Shown piece after piece: positions 37,391-52,175 of a DNA stretch of 64,000 nucleotides. The DNA comes from Octopus sinensis (Eukaryota): positions 27,032,001-27,096,000 of the forward strand of contig NC_043005.1 in the NCBI RefSeq assembly GCF_006345805.1, given 5' to 3'. How positions within the stretch are numbered: the first letter of the stretch is position 1; every line of letters begins with the position of its first letter. The notes beneath the pieces were generated by a model. It saw only the letters and a program-made list of their open reading frames with translations, searched no databases and was not told the origin of the DNA. Position numbers and translations under genes: made by a program.

Positions 37391-40300
37391 CTTCTATCCA
37401 TCTACCAAATTCACCCACAAGGCATTGGTTGTCAGAGTTAGTTAGTTAGACAGACAGACAGACTGACTGACTAGCAGATAAATAGGTAGATAGGTAGGTA
37501 GGTAGATAGATAGAAAGATAGATAGATAGATAGATAGATGGGTTGGATGGATGGATGGATGGATAGATAGATTGATAGATAGATCATACTTTATGTTATC
37601 TTCATTGAAATTGGTTCAGTCTAGGTGGACTATTTTCATATGTAGCACTCAATACAAGATATGAGCGAAGTCTACAACCCAAGTAAGCCATGATAGGATC
37701 TGAACCCCAGCCACAAAGAACTGGAATAATTATCGCAATGCATCCAGTGCACTGTTCTTACAGCTGCACCAATCCACCTCTATTTATTGATCCTCTTTTC
37801 TCAATCCTTGGAAGAGTGAAATGTAAATTTGACCTTTGCAGGAATTGAACTCAGTACATAAAGAGCCAAAACAAATACTACATAGCATTCTGTCCTTCAT
37901 GCTGACCGTGTTTCCAATTTACTGCTGATTACTCTCCATGGAGATTTGTTTGTTAGCTGCTACACTAATATGATACTTCAGTTGTGAGCATTTTGTTAGG
38001 GGTGGGGTCTGTGTGTATATATCTGTCACCATGGAGTTTAAGAGTCTGTTTTAAGGATTGCAATGTACTGTCAATTGCTTATCAAACAGTTATTGTGTAA
38101 ATGTTCATTGTCTTACTGAGAGCATTTTGATTCATTAACGGTAATTTGTAATTGCATTGGTGTGGCCGGTTTCATAATCGTTTAATACAACCATCTTGAC
38201 TATTCATCATAGCTGTCGTCATCATCATAGTCACCATCATCATCATTGTCCATATCAGCTTCATCATAGTTGTTAGGATTGTCGTTGTTATCATCATTGC
38301 CATCATCACTACCTTCATCATCACATCAATACAAGTTGTTTTCCAAAGTGACACGAATCACATGAGTTTGTAGTAAATCCTTTCCCTATTCCTCTCAGTC
38401 TGATGTCATCTCATCTGTGAATTCCAACATGATCACTGCATCTCATCTCTTCCTTGCTCTTCTTCTGCCAAAGCGGGCCCCTCCTCCACTGGCATCACAC
38501 AGTATTTTGCCATTCAGCAGCTGTCTGCCATTTCCTTACAAGACAAGCACAGTCATCTCTCCTATACAATCAATAGCTGCTTATTTATTCATACTGTTTT
38601 GAATTCAGAATTTAACTGGTGTGGCTATATATCTTTAAAATGACATTGTAGGGTAGGTGTGAAAGGTTGGATCCAACCAGATATAACATAAATCAGGTGG
38701 AATATTTAGGTCAGATATCATCATCATCATCATCATCATTTAGCATCCGCTTTCCATGCTAGCATGGGTTGGACGGTTCAACTGGGGTCTGTGAAGCCAG
38801 AAGGCTGCATCAGGCCCAGTCTGATCTGGCAGTGTTTCTACGGCTGGATGCCCTTCCTAACGCCAACCATTCCGTGAGTGTAGTGGGTGCTTTTTACATG
38901 CCACCCGCACAGGTGCCAAACGGAGCTGGCAAATGGCCACGGACAGATGGTTCTTTTTATGTGCCACCGTCACGGGGGCCAGGCGAGACTAGCAACGGCC
39001 ACGGACGGATGGTGGTTTTACGTGCCACTGGCACGGGGGCCAGGCGAGGCTGGCAACGGCCACGAACAGATGGTGCTACGGGGGCCAGGCAAGGCTGGCA
39101 ACGGACACAAACGGATGGTGCTTTTACGTGCCACCAGCACGGAGGCCAGTCGGGGCGGCGCTGGCAACGGCCACGATCGGATGGTTCGCTTACTTGTCAC
39201 CAGCACTGGTACCACAGCTGCAATTTCCATTGATGTTGATCGACTTCGATTTTGGTTCTGCTTTCTGATTAAATACTAAAGGGTTAAGGCTCATCTATAA
39301 TTGTATGCTTTGCCCTTCATCTGGTGGACCGTTCTCTCTCATCTATGCTTCATCATGTTTTGCCTTGTATAAGTTTTGATCAAGGGAGTTGGAACCCATG
39401 AGGTTTGCAAGCCCTCCATTAGCCTTATTAGTAATTTCTGTAAATATTTTCTCTACTACAACTCTTGTCCTCACCTGCTTATTTAGAGAAGAGTTTCTAC
39501 TGACATTTTAAGTATAAGTTTCATTAACTGCTATGCAATTAACCAGTACTGACAAATTCATCATCGTCATCATCATCATCATCATCATCATTGTTTTAAC
39601 ATCCACTTTTCCATGCTTGACTGGTTTGGACAAATTATTAGGGTTGATTTGTCTACAGTTGAATGTCCTCCCTGTCACCAAGCCTCACCTGTTTTCAAGC
39701 AAGATAATATTTCTCCAAGGTCAGACACTTTTTACATGTCATTATCTAGTATTATTAACTTCTTTGTAATAAACCAGTACTGTTAACTTGTGAGACCTCA
39801 GTAGTACAGTTAGGTCAGACTATCATATTTGGGCAGATGTTCTGACCCCGACATGATGTTGGGAGACTGTGTGGGATTGCTTTAGTGGAGTTGGATAGTA
39901 GGCCCTGGTGGTATTCATTACAGCTCTCAGCTCTCTGAGTTCAAATCTCACTGAGTCAACTTTGCTTTCCATTCTCCTCTCAGGGCAGATAAATTTAGTA
40001 CCAGTTCAGGGCTGTGAATTGCACCATTGCACTGTTAAAGCAAAGGTTGTTAGTCTTTTCTAACCCATCACCCCTTTCACTGAATGGCATTTCACAAACA
40101 TACTTCCCTGTGTTTTGCCAAAAAAAAATAATACATGAATAAACAGCAGATTATCCTCATGAAACAGAAGCTAATTTTCCCCAGTTGTTTATTATCCATA
40201 TTATCTTATTTTAATCCCTTCCATTATGTTCCTCCATTTAGATATTTCCATGGACTGATGTAAATGTCCTTCTCATATTCTAATCCTGACAAAGCTGTTT

Positions 40301-40595
40301 TTGAAAATGTGTCTAAAATTATTAGTAGTCCTGGTTTAAATATTTTATTTCTAATAAATAGAGGGGATTAAAGGATAAAAGTCTCCTCTAATCCTCTTTA
40401 AACATACAGCATGACCCACAGTACCCCTTTGACATTCGCTGGAGACATTGCTAGTGTCATGGTGAGAGTACGACACCCTCTGACGAGAGTAGACGGAACC
40501 ACTACATAGAAATAGTAGCAGTCTGATGTAGTCAGCAGTTTGTAGTTTGGTCTTTGAAGTCTAGGTTCAGTTCGAGTTAGTGCGTTGGAAATATT

Positions 40596-40944
40596 CTTTT
40601 CTACTCTAGGCACAAGGCCTGAAGTTTTGGGGGAGGGGGCCAGTCAATTAGATCGACCCCAGTACACAAATGGTACTTAATTTATCGACCCCGAAAGGAT
40701 GAAAGGCAAAGTCAACCTAGGTGGAATTTGAACTCAGAACAAAAAGACAGATAAAATATCGCTAAGCATTTCGCGGCCAGTCGATTAGATTGACCTCAGT
40801 ATGCAACTGGTACTTAATTTATCAACCCCGAAAGGATGGAAGGCAAAGTTGACCTCAGCAGAATTTGAACTCAGAACCTAAAGACAGACGAAATACCACT
40901 AAGCATTTCGCACAGAGTGCTAACGTTTCTGCCAGCTCACCCAC
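40596..40944 (-). mobile_element. Family B SINE with an internal duplication and a 19-bp TSD
   Basis: Flanks TTAGTGCGTTGGAAATATT (40577-40595) and TTAGTGTGTCGGAAATATT (40945-40963). The central about 140 bp is present twice. Confidence 0.8.
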
Positions 40945-41431
40945 TTAGTGTGTCGGAAATATTAATTGTTGGTTCGTTACATGTTTGTTATTGCTGCTGT
41001 TTCTATTTTGTATTGTTATAGCACTGTTACAGCGTATTCTTTATTTATTGTTAACAGTATCAACCGTACTACAATATTGGAGGCGTAAGGATATAACAGC
41101 CAACTAGCTTAGGAATCAGTGTGTTTGAGCACTGGAAGAGATACATTACAGTGTCTTTGAGTTCAAATTTCCACCTGGACACCTTTGGTTAGGGCTGATC
41201 ACCTGGTCATGGAAACACTCTGTCCAATACGCACGATTGGTCAGCATGTACAGGTAGGCCTACAACAACCAGCTGTAGGTAAGCTGGCAATGGCATAGTG
41301 AAGTTTCACCCTACAGTGATTAAATGGAGTAGAATGTTGAGTAGAATGTTGATGTTCTCAATAAGTTACTACATAAGAGCTCGCCATTATGAGCAAGGAA
41401 GATATATTCACCTGCTCGTGAATATCCCTGC

Positions 41432-41471
<40 letters not shown>

Positions 41472-43903
41472 TGAATTAAACTGAGAGAGAATGACTGCTG
41501 TACACACTTTCATCCCTGTACATTTCATTCATTCATTTATTTTTACATTTGTTTTTCCATGCTGGTATGGGTTAGCCAAATATTATTGAGGCATTGTTTT
41601 GCAGTTGGACGCCCTTTCTGTCACTAACCCGGACTTGTTTTCCAAAGTAAGAGCTCCCTTATTCCACATGTCTTTGAAGTTGCGAAGTGAGTGAATAATT
41701 TGTTGACAGAAGTGATAACACTGCTCATAGCTCACAAGATTCTTAGACCACAAAGATAAATACATTTGCATGCACACACAAACACACAAAACAGTCTTCC
41801 TTCAGTTTCTGTCTACTAAATTCACTTACAAGGCTTTAGTCAGTCTAGGGTTAAAATACAAGGACAAATGTCTTAGGTGCCATGTAGTGGAACTGAACCC
41901 AAAACCCCATGGTTGGGAAAGTGAACTTCCTAACCACACTGCCATGCCTGAGACTATGATTAAAACCAAAGTCTGGGTCCAGTACCAGGTCAGTTTGTGA
42001 TTGGGCAGGGATAAATCTCAGAGCTGGAGTGACTCCTTCTGGACCATGGGCAGAATTGAAGTTATTACAACCAGCTAATGCAACGTTTTGTTAATTATTA
42101 TTGCTTAATCCCAAATTAACTGTGATTTATCAAACATGATCAAAGACATTCCAGTCATAACCACCTTGTCGTTTTTATTATATTTAGGTCTAGATACAGG
42201 CATGGCAATGTGGTTAAGAAGTTTGCTTCCCAGTCACAAGGCTTTGAATCCAGTCCCATGGAGTGGTCCCTTGGACAAGTGTATTCTACTATAGCCCTAA
42301 GCTCACCAAAACTGTGTGAGTGGATTTGATAGATGGAAACTGAAAGAAGACCATCATGTTTATGTGTAAGAGAGAGAGGGAGTGTTTGTGTTTCCTTGTC
42401 TTGACATCATGTGCAACTGGGATGTTTTTTTTTGTTTCCAGTATTATGTGAAAACAGCTCTGGCTATGAGGAAATATTAGCTTGCTTGGAAACAGCTGAG
42501 TGTTGGCAACAGGGAGAGCATCCTAGGTGTAGAAAATTTGTTTCAGATAAACTAAATCTGACCCCTGCACACATGGAAAGGGGAACATTAAAACAATCCC
42601 AATTATGACGGTGATGACTCTATTGTCCAGTGTGTCCATTTTCAAGATAGTAGGATGTGTGAGAAAGAGGTTTAGCTGCTATTTCTTGCAGTTGAATGAC
42701 CATTCATGTCAAGGCACTTTTGTGATGGTCAATAGTGATACTACTATTTATGGCATTGTTACTTCCTGTGATACCTTTTACAGCTATGTTGACTGAGGCA
42801 AATGACAATTAAGCATGTGACCTACCTATAAATTACAGTACCATTAGCTTGATGTGAACTCTTCTCCTAGCTGGTGGCACTCCTACCTTATCCACTCAGC
42901 CATCATATATCTCCAATTGATAAATAATGATAGAACTTCAATCTCTCTTTGTCACACACACATACACTCACACATTTCCTTATAAAGGCATTATAAGGAA
43001 AGAGGCTGTGACTCACAAGATAGACATATTCACTTGACATCAGTTATATTGGAATATTAAAACTGTACACAGCTTATATATTGTGTATGTGTGGGGACAC
43101 ACACACACACATGTAAACCTAACCCTAGCTCTTATTTGAACAGATATAAAATGTATAATTAATTCAAATGGGCAAAATTGTTTTTTTTTTAATTTAGTAG
43201 CTTACTCTTTTACTCTCCCTTTTACTCTTTTACTTGTTTCAGTCATTTAGACTGTGGCCATGCTGGAGCACCGCCTTTAGCCGAGCAAATGACCCCAGGA
43301 CTTATTCTTTGTAAGCCTAGTAGTTATTCTATCGGTCTCTTTTGCCGAACCACTGAGTTACGGTGACGTAAACACACCAGCATCAGTTGTCAAGTGATGT
43401 TGGGGGGACAAACACAGATACACAAACATATATACACACACACATATATATATACATACATATATACGATGGGCTTCTTTCAGTTTCCGTCTACCAAATC
43501 CACTCACAAGGCTTTGGTCAGCCCGAGGCTATAGTAGAAGATACTTGCCCAAGGTGCCACGCAGTGGGACTGAACCCGGAACCATGTGGTTGGTAAACAA
43601 GCTACTTACCACATAGCCACTCCTACGCCTAGCTTGTTCTAGTTTTGTATTTTTAAAATGAAATGACTTCCAGTTATGGACAAAGACCAAAGTACACACT
43701 TTGTACACACATACATGAACACATATGCATATAGGTACTACAGGTATGCTTAGTCACAGTGGTGAGGTGTTTGTAAATTGTGTGTGTATGTGTGTGTAAA
43801 TATGGTTATTGTAAAAGATTCAGTTATCTCTTTCTTCTGCTGTCTATCTCTGTTTCTCAATTTACATTTTAATTACACACTCCAATACACCCAAGAGAGT
43901 ATA

Positions 43904-43943
<40 letters not shown>

Positions 43944-45159
43944 CTCTCTCTCTCATTGTGTATGTAACTCAAATATATTCCCTCATCCTTGCTCCTGCAG
44001 AACTAACTTCCTTCATAAGTTCAAAGGAAGGTGAGGTCCCTATTTGCCATTGTATATGTATCAGTCCATGCATGACTGTGAATAGAAGACAGAAGAAGAA
44101 TAGAAGAATAGTGGGAAGTGGGGGGCCAGAAGGGGTCAGTGGTCTTATTAAGGCCACATCCTCTTCCTTGCTTTTATTTCGATTTTGTTTTTCTTTCTGT
44201 AATCTCCCCAGGAGTATTTTTTTCTTGCATGCATTATTTTGGACAGGAAGAAGGGGAAGTATGAGGGGGCTGCTACATTCTTGTATTCTTTCAGTTTCAG
44301 TGGTAGGACTGCAGCCATACTGGAGCACCACTTCATTTATTTTCTTTAATGTTTTGTTGTTGCTTTAGGGCTGATTTTCCCTAAATGTTCTTCAAATGGT
44401 TCCCTGGTCTGGTATCATCATTAGGTGTGTGTCCAATCTTTGTCTAAAGGTTTCTGTAGCACTCCCTCTTATCACACCCCCTCAGACACAAGCATTGTTT
44501 CTGAACCACATCCATGCTATTCATGTACATGTGGGTGAATATATGGCACAATAAAATGCACCAAGTAAAAACTTAGATATGTTTCGACCAAAGATTGGTC
44601 TAGGCTATATCTAACTTAATAGCACCACCTGATATACACTTTAAATTGATTAGCATAAGGAAAATCATCTGGTTGTAAAAAAATTCTATTTGCAGCTACA
44701 ATGGCTGGGTTCTTTCCTCTATTGTGGTGTGTGCCAGATAACAGAAGTTTGCAATGAGTGACAAACTGCTGAGACCTGTCCAAACCATACCCAGCATAAA
44801 TATGATGGTGGTGGTGAAAACGATGATGATTCACAATGTCCCTGCTAAAGCAAGTATATCATCATCAACATCACCATTCTAACACTCACTTTTCCATGAA
44901 TTTGTTGAGATAGATTTTTTTTTTATTGTTGGATGCTCTTCCTGTCATAAACCCTTACTTGTTTTTAAGGAATGTTACATTTCCCCATGGTTGGACATGT
45001 TTTCTCATTATTGGAAACAAGAGACTTCGCTTGTATAATGGTGCTGTTTGTTTACGGCTGTCACACTTTGTCAAGGTGAGGGGACATAAAAACATATATA
45101 CATGCAAACTCACATTTACATACACACACACACGTGTCTATGTATGTCTGTATGTATGC

Positions 45160-45227
<68 letters not shown>

Positions 45228-45287
45228 TATATATGTGCATATATATTTATATGTATGTATGTATATGTGTGTGTGTGTGTGTGTGTG

Positions 45288-45327
<40 letters not shown>

Positions 45328-47309
45328 GATGCCAGTGCTGCCTGAGTGTGCTGGTGGCATGTAAAAGCACCCACTACACTCTTGGAGTAGTTAGCATTTG
45401 GAAGGGCATCCAGCTGTTGAAACCATGCCAAATCAGATTGGAGCCTGGTGCAGCCTCCCAGCTTGCCAGTTCTCAGGCAAACCGTCCAACCCATGCCACG
45501 TGGAAAGCGGATGTTAAACAACAACAATGATGATGATGATGATGTTGATATATAATGTGTGTTTGTGTAGATGTGTGTGGTCATATAAAATGTGATTTTG
45601 AAAAATCAATATACATGTAAAAGTAAACTAATTAAAATTCAATGAATAAATAAATAAATTAATTAATTAATTAATTAATGAAAGTGGTGATACAATTCAA
45701 TCATATTAACTAAATGTATCTTTCCTTGCTGAAGAACCCTGCTTGAGACAAGAACCTTTGTCCCCTTCATCACAGCAAATTAATTTATGCCGTTTTATAA
45801 ATATTTGATACTTATACTTACCATGGTTTCAATGGGATGTAATTGTGATCATCAGTAAACGTAAACTAAAAGCATTCTCGACTTACCACCTATCAGCTCA
45901 GCTCATCCATTATTTCTTCCCCTTTATGTAGCATTATTATTATTATTATTATTCTACATTTTTAATATACATTTCCTATCAAAATCCTACAATTTGAAAG
46001 TGTCTAAGTTACTCATTGAGCATGTGTGTGAAGGAATGTGCATATGTTGATGTATGAGTATGGCTATGTGTCTATGTGTACAATTATATTTATGTTTTTG
46101 TATGTGCTCCTATTCATGTATGTAGGAAAGCATCGAACTGGGAACATGAAGACAAGATGTCATGTTGGAAAATTTTTGCCATCTTTTTATTTTTTATTTA
46201 TATTGTTCTTAGCAACTATACTTAAAAAGCAGAAATGTATTATACACCCAAATGCTTCCATGAGATTTTTTCATGGAAGAAGTTACATGTCCCGGTTGTA
46301 CTTTAATATTCTTTTCTACTCTAGGCAGAAGGCCCAAAATTTTTGGGGAGGGAGCCAGTCGATTAGATTGAACCCTAGTATGCTACTGGTACTTAATTTA
46401 TTGACCCCGAAAAGATGAAAGGCAAATTTGAACTCAGAACATAAAGACAGACGAAATATCACTAAGCATTTCGCCTGGCATGATAACATTTCTGCCAGCT
46501 CGTTGCCTTAAACCATGTGTATATTCTTTTCTGTTCCACTCTCGACACAAGGCCCAAAATTTTTGTGGGGTGGGGCCAGTCATTTAGATCAACCCCAAAA
46601 GGATGAAAGGCAAAGTCGATCTTGCCACAATTTGAACTCAGAACATAAAGACAGATGAAATACTGCTAAGCATTTCACCCAGCGTGCTAACATTTCTGAC
46701 AGCCTGCTGCCTTGTTGGACTTTAATATTGACTGCTGTCACCCCCGCTTGAGGGCATCTTGGGCAAATGTCTTCCACTATAGCCCCAAGTGAACCAAAAG
46801 CCTAGGGAGTGGATTTGGTAGACAGAAAATTAAAGAAGTGTGTGTGTGTCCTTGTCCTGACATAGTGAAATAGTGGTAAATGAGTGTTGGTATCATACAA
46901 GCACTGTCATTCATTTCCAAAATTCTGCAAAAACGTCTGGCCAGAAGGAAATGTTACCTTGCTTGGAAACAAGTAAAGGTTGGTGACAGGAAGGACATCC
47001 AGCCATAGAATATCAGCCTCAATAAACTCCATCCAACCCATACAAGCATGAACATGTGGACATTAAGAAAAAGATGATGATGACGATGACGACGATTACA
47101 ATATACATCATGTAAGACATGAGCACAAACTTAAAACAAACAAAAAAAAAAAACAATAAGTCCCCTCAAAGGACTTGTTAGCAAGCTGTCACTATTCCAG
47201 TTTCAAATCTCACTAGAAAACGTATAAAACAATCACTCCCCTCTTCCCTTACCTTGCCCCTACAAAGAAACAAATATCAATCATCTTTAATTTACAAAAT
47301 GCTTCAAAG

Positions 47310-47360
47310 TCCGGGAAGCCAATCCTAAATGTCGTGAGTCAGTGGAGAATGAGTCACCTA
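47310..47360. promoter_or_regulatory. Candidate enhancer motif cluster (CCAAT plus two AP-1 sites)
   Basis: CCAAT at 47319-47323; TGAGTCA at 47335-47341 and 47350-47356, in unique sequence. Confidence 0.3.
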
Positions 47361-47658
47361 GCAAAGCCTGTCAGTACATAAATCTTTCTGGTTCATTAAA
47401 ACAGGGAGGAGAAACATAATGTTATGTTAGTATAATTCGATGTATCAGTATGACTGTTGTAATGTGCAGTAAGAAAAAGGACTCAATGATGCAGAAATGA
47501 GGATAAATGAGAGCTGTTTATTGTCTTCTTAGACTACATGACCAGTTGTTATTGTTCTGAGGAGATGAAACAGAAAGAATTGTAACGGCTGGTCATGTTG
47601 TAAAGGAGATTTTCGACTCCTATAATCCTTACACATACACACACACACACACACACAC

Positions 47659-47727
<69 letters not shown>

Positions 47728-48091
47728 TCCTCCTTCTCCACATGTGTATGTGTGTAAAACTGACCAATCAAAACCTGTCACTATCAGGAAATACACGATT
47801 CATCAACAAAATTATATATGCATACATAGATGAGTGTGTATGTGTGTATTTATGTATATCATCATCATCATTGTCATCATCATCATAGTCATCATCATCA
47901 TTGTCATCATCATCATCATCATTTAACTTCTGTTTTCCATGCTGGTATTGCTTGGACAGTTTGACAGGAGCTGGTAAACCAGAGAACTGCACCAGACTCC
48001 ATTTGTTTGTTTTGGCTGGGTTTCTATGGTCATATGCCCTTCCTAATGCCATCCATGGGTGCTTTATATGTGGCACCAACTATGTATATAT

Positions 48092-48134
<43 letters not shown>

Positions 48135-48249
48135 AGAATTCAGTATCACATCTAACAAGATAAAGTAGAGCCCCAAAATAGACTAGTAACCCTAAAACTC
48201 CAAATTGAACTGCGACTAAAATCAAGGATGTTTTAGTTGCATAATGCCT

Positions 48250-48564
48250 ATTGGCTATAGGCAGTTCAGCAATTACCTAAGGGCAGTTCAGCAATTGGCT
48301 ATGGGCAGTTCAGCAATTGGCTATGGACAGTCCAGCAATTGGCTATAGGCAGTCCATCAGTTGGCTACGGGCACTCCATCAATTGGCTATAAACAGTCCA
48401 GTAATTGGCTTAGGCAGTTCAGCAATTGGCTATAGGCAGTCCATTAACTGGCTATAGGCAGTTCATCAATTGGCTATAGGCAGTCCATCAATTGGCTATA
48501 GGCAGTTCATCGATAGGCTTAGGCAGTTCATCAATTGGCTATAGGCAGTCCATCAATTGGCTAT
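48250..48564. repeat. 22-bp minisatellite, about 14 units
   Basis: Unit AATTGGCTATAGGCAGTTCAGC or ...GTCCATC, with no spacers. Confidence 0.92.
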
Positions 48565-48666
48565 ACAAACATAAAAGGGTAAAATTTGAACAGGCAAAAA
48601 TCATTGTTATCAGGTTAGATTATGACATTTTCTTCTTTTCAAACATGATGTTACATTAGTTTAGAT

Positions 48667-49013
48667 TAGTGGTTTTCAACCAGGGTCTTTATGGCTCCTG
48701 AGGATCCACATAAAATTTCTGGGGGTCAATGTAACAAAGTTGTAAATAGGGTATCCACAATTGTGTATTTTGGTCCCTTGAGAAAAATTTGCTTAAGATG
48801 TATGTATTGGTAGGTTTTGCAAGAAACAGCTAAGTTTCTTTCTTCAATATTTTACATAGTTCAACCTACTCAAGTTAATGTTTGGAAGACAAAATAGGAA
48901 TTTTGTAAGAAATCTATAAAACTAGTTTTTAAACATTGAATGGCTATGGGGGTCCACCAGAGTAAAATAGTAATCAAAGGGCTCCATAGGTGAAAAATGG
49001 TTGAGAACACCTG
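48667..49013. mobile_element. hAT (Charlie-like) MITE
   Basis: TIRs TAGTGGTTTTCAACC and GGTTGAGAACACCTG. The 8-bp flanks GTTTAGAT and GTATAAAT fit a decayed hAT TSD. Confidence 0.7.
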
Positions 49014-49057
49014 GTATAAATCATAAGAAGGAATGAAGTAAATAAATGTGCAGAAAG

Positions 49058-49152
49058 TTTCTTACAGCTGTTTCAAGAACAGATGCACAGATGATACATG
49101 TTGTGCAAAACAAGGAGTTCATATATCGGTGATCTTTTCCATTATCAGAGGG
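49058..49152 (-). ncRNA. Degenerate hammerhead-like motif with branched or long stem II
   Basis: Minus strand CT-CTGATAA-TGGAAAAGAT...(TGCACA/TGTGCA hairpin)...ATCTGTTCTT-GAAA-CAGCTG-TA-AG. Confidence 0.4.
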
Positions 49153-51785
49153 AGAATGGGAAGTATTATAGAAAGCTTTGACTTACTAATGTAGTTAGGT
49201 TTAGAAGAATGCTAAAATGAGAAGAGGAAGGGAAAATAAGGTCACGATCCCTTGCAAGTGAGATATGGTTATAGTGCATTTTTCAATGCAGATGTGTCTT
49301 ATCAGGTGACTTTTCAAAAGGTACCTCATTTAATAAACTCAGTTTTGCTTGTTTCAATTATACAGCTTGTTATTATTTGCCTGTTGGTGGTTGCTTGTGT
49401 GTTGGTTCTATGTAAAAAGCACTGGTGATTGTGCCATGTGAAAAGTACCCAGTACATTCTGTGAAGTGGTTAGTATGAGGAAGGGCATTCAGCCATAGAA
49501 ACCATGCTAAAACAGAGCATGGAACCTGGTGTCCAACCCATGCCAGCATGGAAGGCAGACGTTAAATGTTGATGATGATGATATGTGTGTGTGTGCATGT
49601 GTATAAAAATATATACAGAGACACACATACACACAGACATGTATATGCCTTACATGCAACAGATCAACAGATTTCTCATGTTTACTTAAATAATAAAAAT
49701 AACAATAATTTAAATAACCATATCCTGTTTGTAGCCACAAGCTTTTACTAGGATACAGAATATATTAAATACAGGAACAGCAGGCTGTTTATTGTATTAC
49801 AGTCACACATTGTGATACAGGCACTCCTCTTTCGATTGCCTGTGATGTTTGAACTGTTCTAATTATTTGCATCTCTTTACACTGCTGAAACTGTTTTTCT
49901 TCAGGTGTTCACTGACCATTTTTCATTACATTCCTGTCAGCTCACCAAAAGAAAGCTTAGAGTAACTCTTTAGAGACTCATTGTCCATATTTGAAGAGAG
50001 TTAGATTTTGAAATAATGTGTGTCTCGAAAAACATACCCAACCAGCAGAGGCAATGAAACTAGCAAACAAAATCAGTCATGTGTGAAGTTATAAAGATCA
50101 AAAATGATCAATATCAGTCTGAGGTAAAAGGCATGCGTTGGTCTGCCTTTGCATCACTAAATCAAATGCATTTTGAAACTACAGTGCAGCATGTGAGCTT
50201 TATGCATATCTTACATTAGTAGATATGCATATGTGTGTGTTTGTGTTTGTGTGTGTATTAGAAGAATACAGTTGGCACTTTTCTAATATCAAAATATTGA
50301 ATTTTATGCATTAAATTAGCATTTTTTAATTAATTGGAAACGGTTTACTTTTTCATCATGTAACGTCCGCTTTCCATGCTGGCATGGGTTGAATGGTTTC
50401 ACTGAGGACTGGCAAGCTAGAAGGATGCACCAGGCTCCAATCTGATCCGAGAAAGTTTGTACAGCTTGATGCCCTTCCTAAAGCCAACCATTTCGAGATT
50501 GTAGTGGGTGCTTTTATGTGCCACCAGCACGAAGGCCAGTCAGGCGGTTCTGGCAACGACCACGCTCAAAAGGTGTTTTTTACATGCTACCTGCATGGGA
50601 GCCAGTCTGGCAGAGCCCAGTTAGAATTTTCTTCAGGTTGAGTAGCCCATTCTGCTCAAAACGTCCCTGAATATATATAATCGACTGGCCCCCTCCCTAA
50701 AAATTTCAGGCCTTGTGCCTAGAGTAGAAAAGCTTATGATTTAGCAGTCCCCTGCCCAACACACACACATACCCACACACTCACTTCCTTGGTGTTTGCT
50801 AAATCTAGGCTGGTGCTGCGGCTGTTATAAAATTGCTGAATCATCTTAGTTTTGTTTTTGTTGTTTTATATTTACTGATTCCCCCCGCCCCATCTCTCCC
50901 CTTTGGTTTGATTTACTTTCTGTTAATTTAACATTTTTACATCGAAATGTGTTAAGAATGGGTGGGAGAGAAAAATCTAGGAACCCATAAAAATCTTTAA
51001 TAATGTTAACTGGTGCCACCCAAGATAAGATACAGATTCCCTTATTAGCTGTTGGGTGTCTCCGTCTCCCGGCATCTTTCTGTCTATCTCTCTGTCTCCC
51101 TCTCTTATTTACATATATATATATTCTCTATACTCTCTCTTTCTCTCTCTCTCTCTCTCTCACACACTTCCTCACAGTTCAACCCATGCCAGCTTAGTAA
51201 AGGTATTATGAAGGTGATGATGATGATCGATAGAGATCTATCAATCATTAACACTGAAACCGATTATCACTATTCTCTCTCTCTCTCTCTCTCTCTCTCC
51301 CTATCTACCTCTGTCTCTCCCTCTCTGTCTCTATTTTTAGTGATAATCTATCTGCCTTTGCCTTCTCTCTCTCTTAACCTCTCCCCCTCCCTCCCTCCCT
51401 CTCTACCTCTGTCTCTCCCGATCTGTCTCTACTTTTAGTGATAATCTATCTGCCTTTTACATTCTCTCTCTTCCTCACTTTCACTTTTTCCTGCTTTCTC
51501 TTTACCTCTACCCACCGCACCCACCCTCCATCCCATCTAACCCATCATGCGATGATACATTGGTTATTTACAATAACCAACTTCCCCAAATATTTTATTT
51601 CCTCACCCCACCTCTCTTTCTCTCTCTCTCCATCCTTTTCCTCTTTCATCTCTTTTTATGTCTTCCTGTTTATCAAATCCACCCTGTTTGGTAACTAGGG
51701 TAGATATTACCAGGCAACTTACATCATTTTCACATGTCCATATATTTGTTATGTGCCTTTGTTGCATATTTATACATATGTGATG

Positions 51786-52175
51786 TGGAGGCGCAATGGC
51801 CCAGCAGTTAGGGCAGCGGACTTGCGGTCATAGGATCGCGGTTTCGATCCCCAGACCAAGTGTTGTAAGTGTTTGTTGAAGGAAAATGCCTGAAAGCTCC
51901 ACCAGGCTCCAGTAGGTGTGGTGTAGTGGCGAACCCTGCTGCACTCTTTCACCACAACTTTCTCTCACTCTTTCTTCCTGTTTCTGTTGTACCTGTATTT
52001 TTCAAAGGGGCCAGCCTTGTCACATTCTGTGTCACGCTGAATCACCTTGAGAACTACGTTAAGGGTACACGTGTCTGTGAAGTGCTCAGCTACTTGCATG
52101 CTAATTTAATGAGCAGGCTGTTCCGTTGATCGGATCAACTGGAACCCTCATCAACGTAACCGATGGAGTGCCGTA
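51786..52175 (+). mobile_element. tRNA-derived SINE, family D
   Basis: Head GGAGGCGCAATGGCCCAGCAGTTAGGGCAGCGGACTTGCGGTCATAGGATCGCGGTTTCGATCCCC has A and B boxes and is followed by a CpG-rich body. Confidence 0.65.

Noticed and set aside
40478-40522. CTGACGA...GAAA hammerhead-like motif and possible LTR remnant around 40420-41090
   Set aside because: Stem II does not close at the core, stem I is absent, and no TG...CA LTR termini could be paired.
43969-44331. 120-aa minus-strand ORF
   Set aside because: It begins in a retroposon tail, has no recognisable domain and no clear splice boundaries.
48250-48564. CRISPR-like array
   Set aside because: The repeats abut with no unique spacers, the context is eukaryotic, and there are no cas genes.
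49941-50123. Plus-strand exon candidate with branch point, acceptor and GAG|GTAAAA
   Set aside because: It has stops in all three frames and a weak donor, and is indistinguishable from chance.
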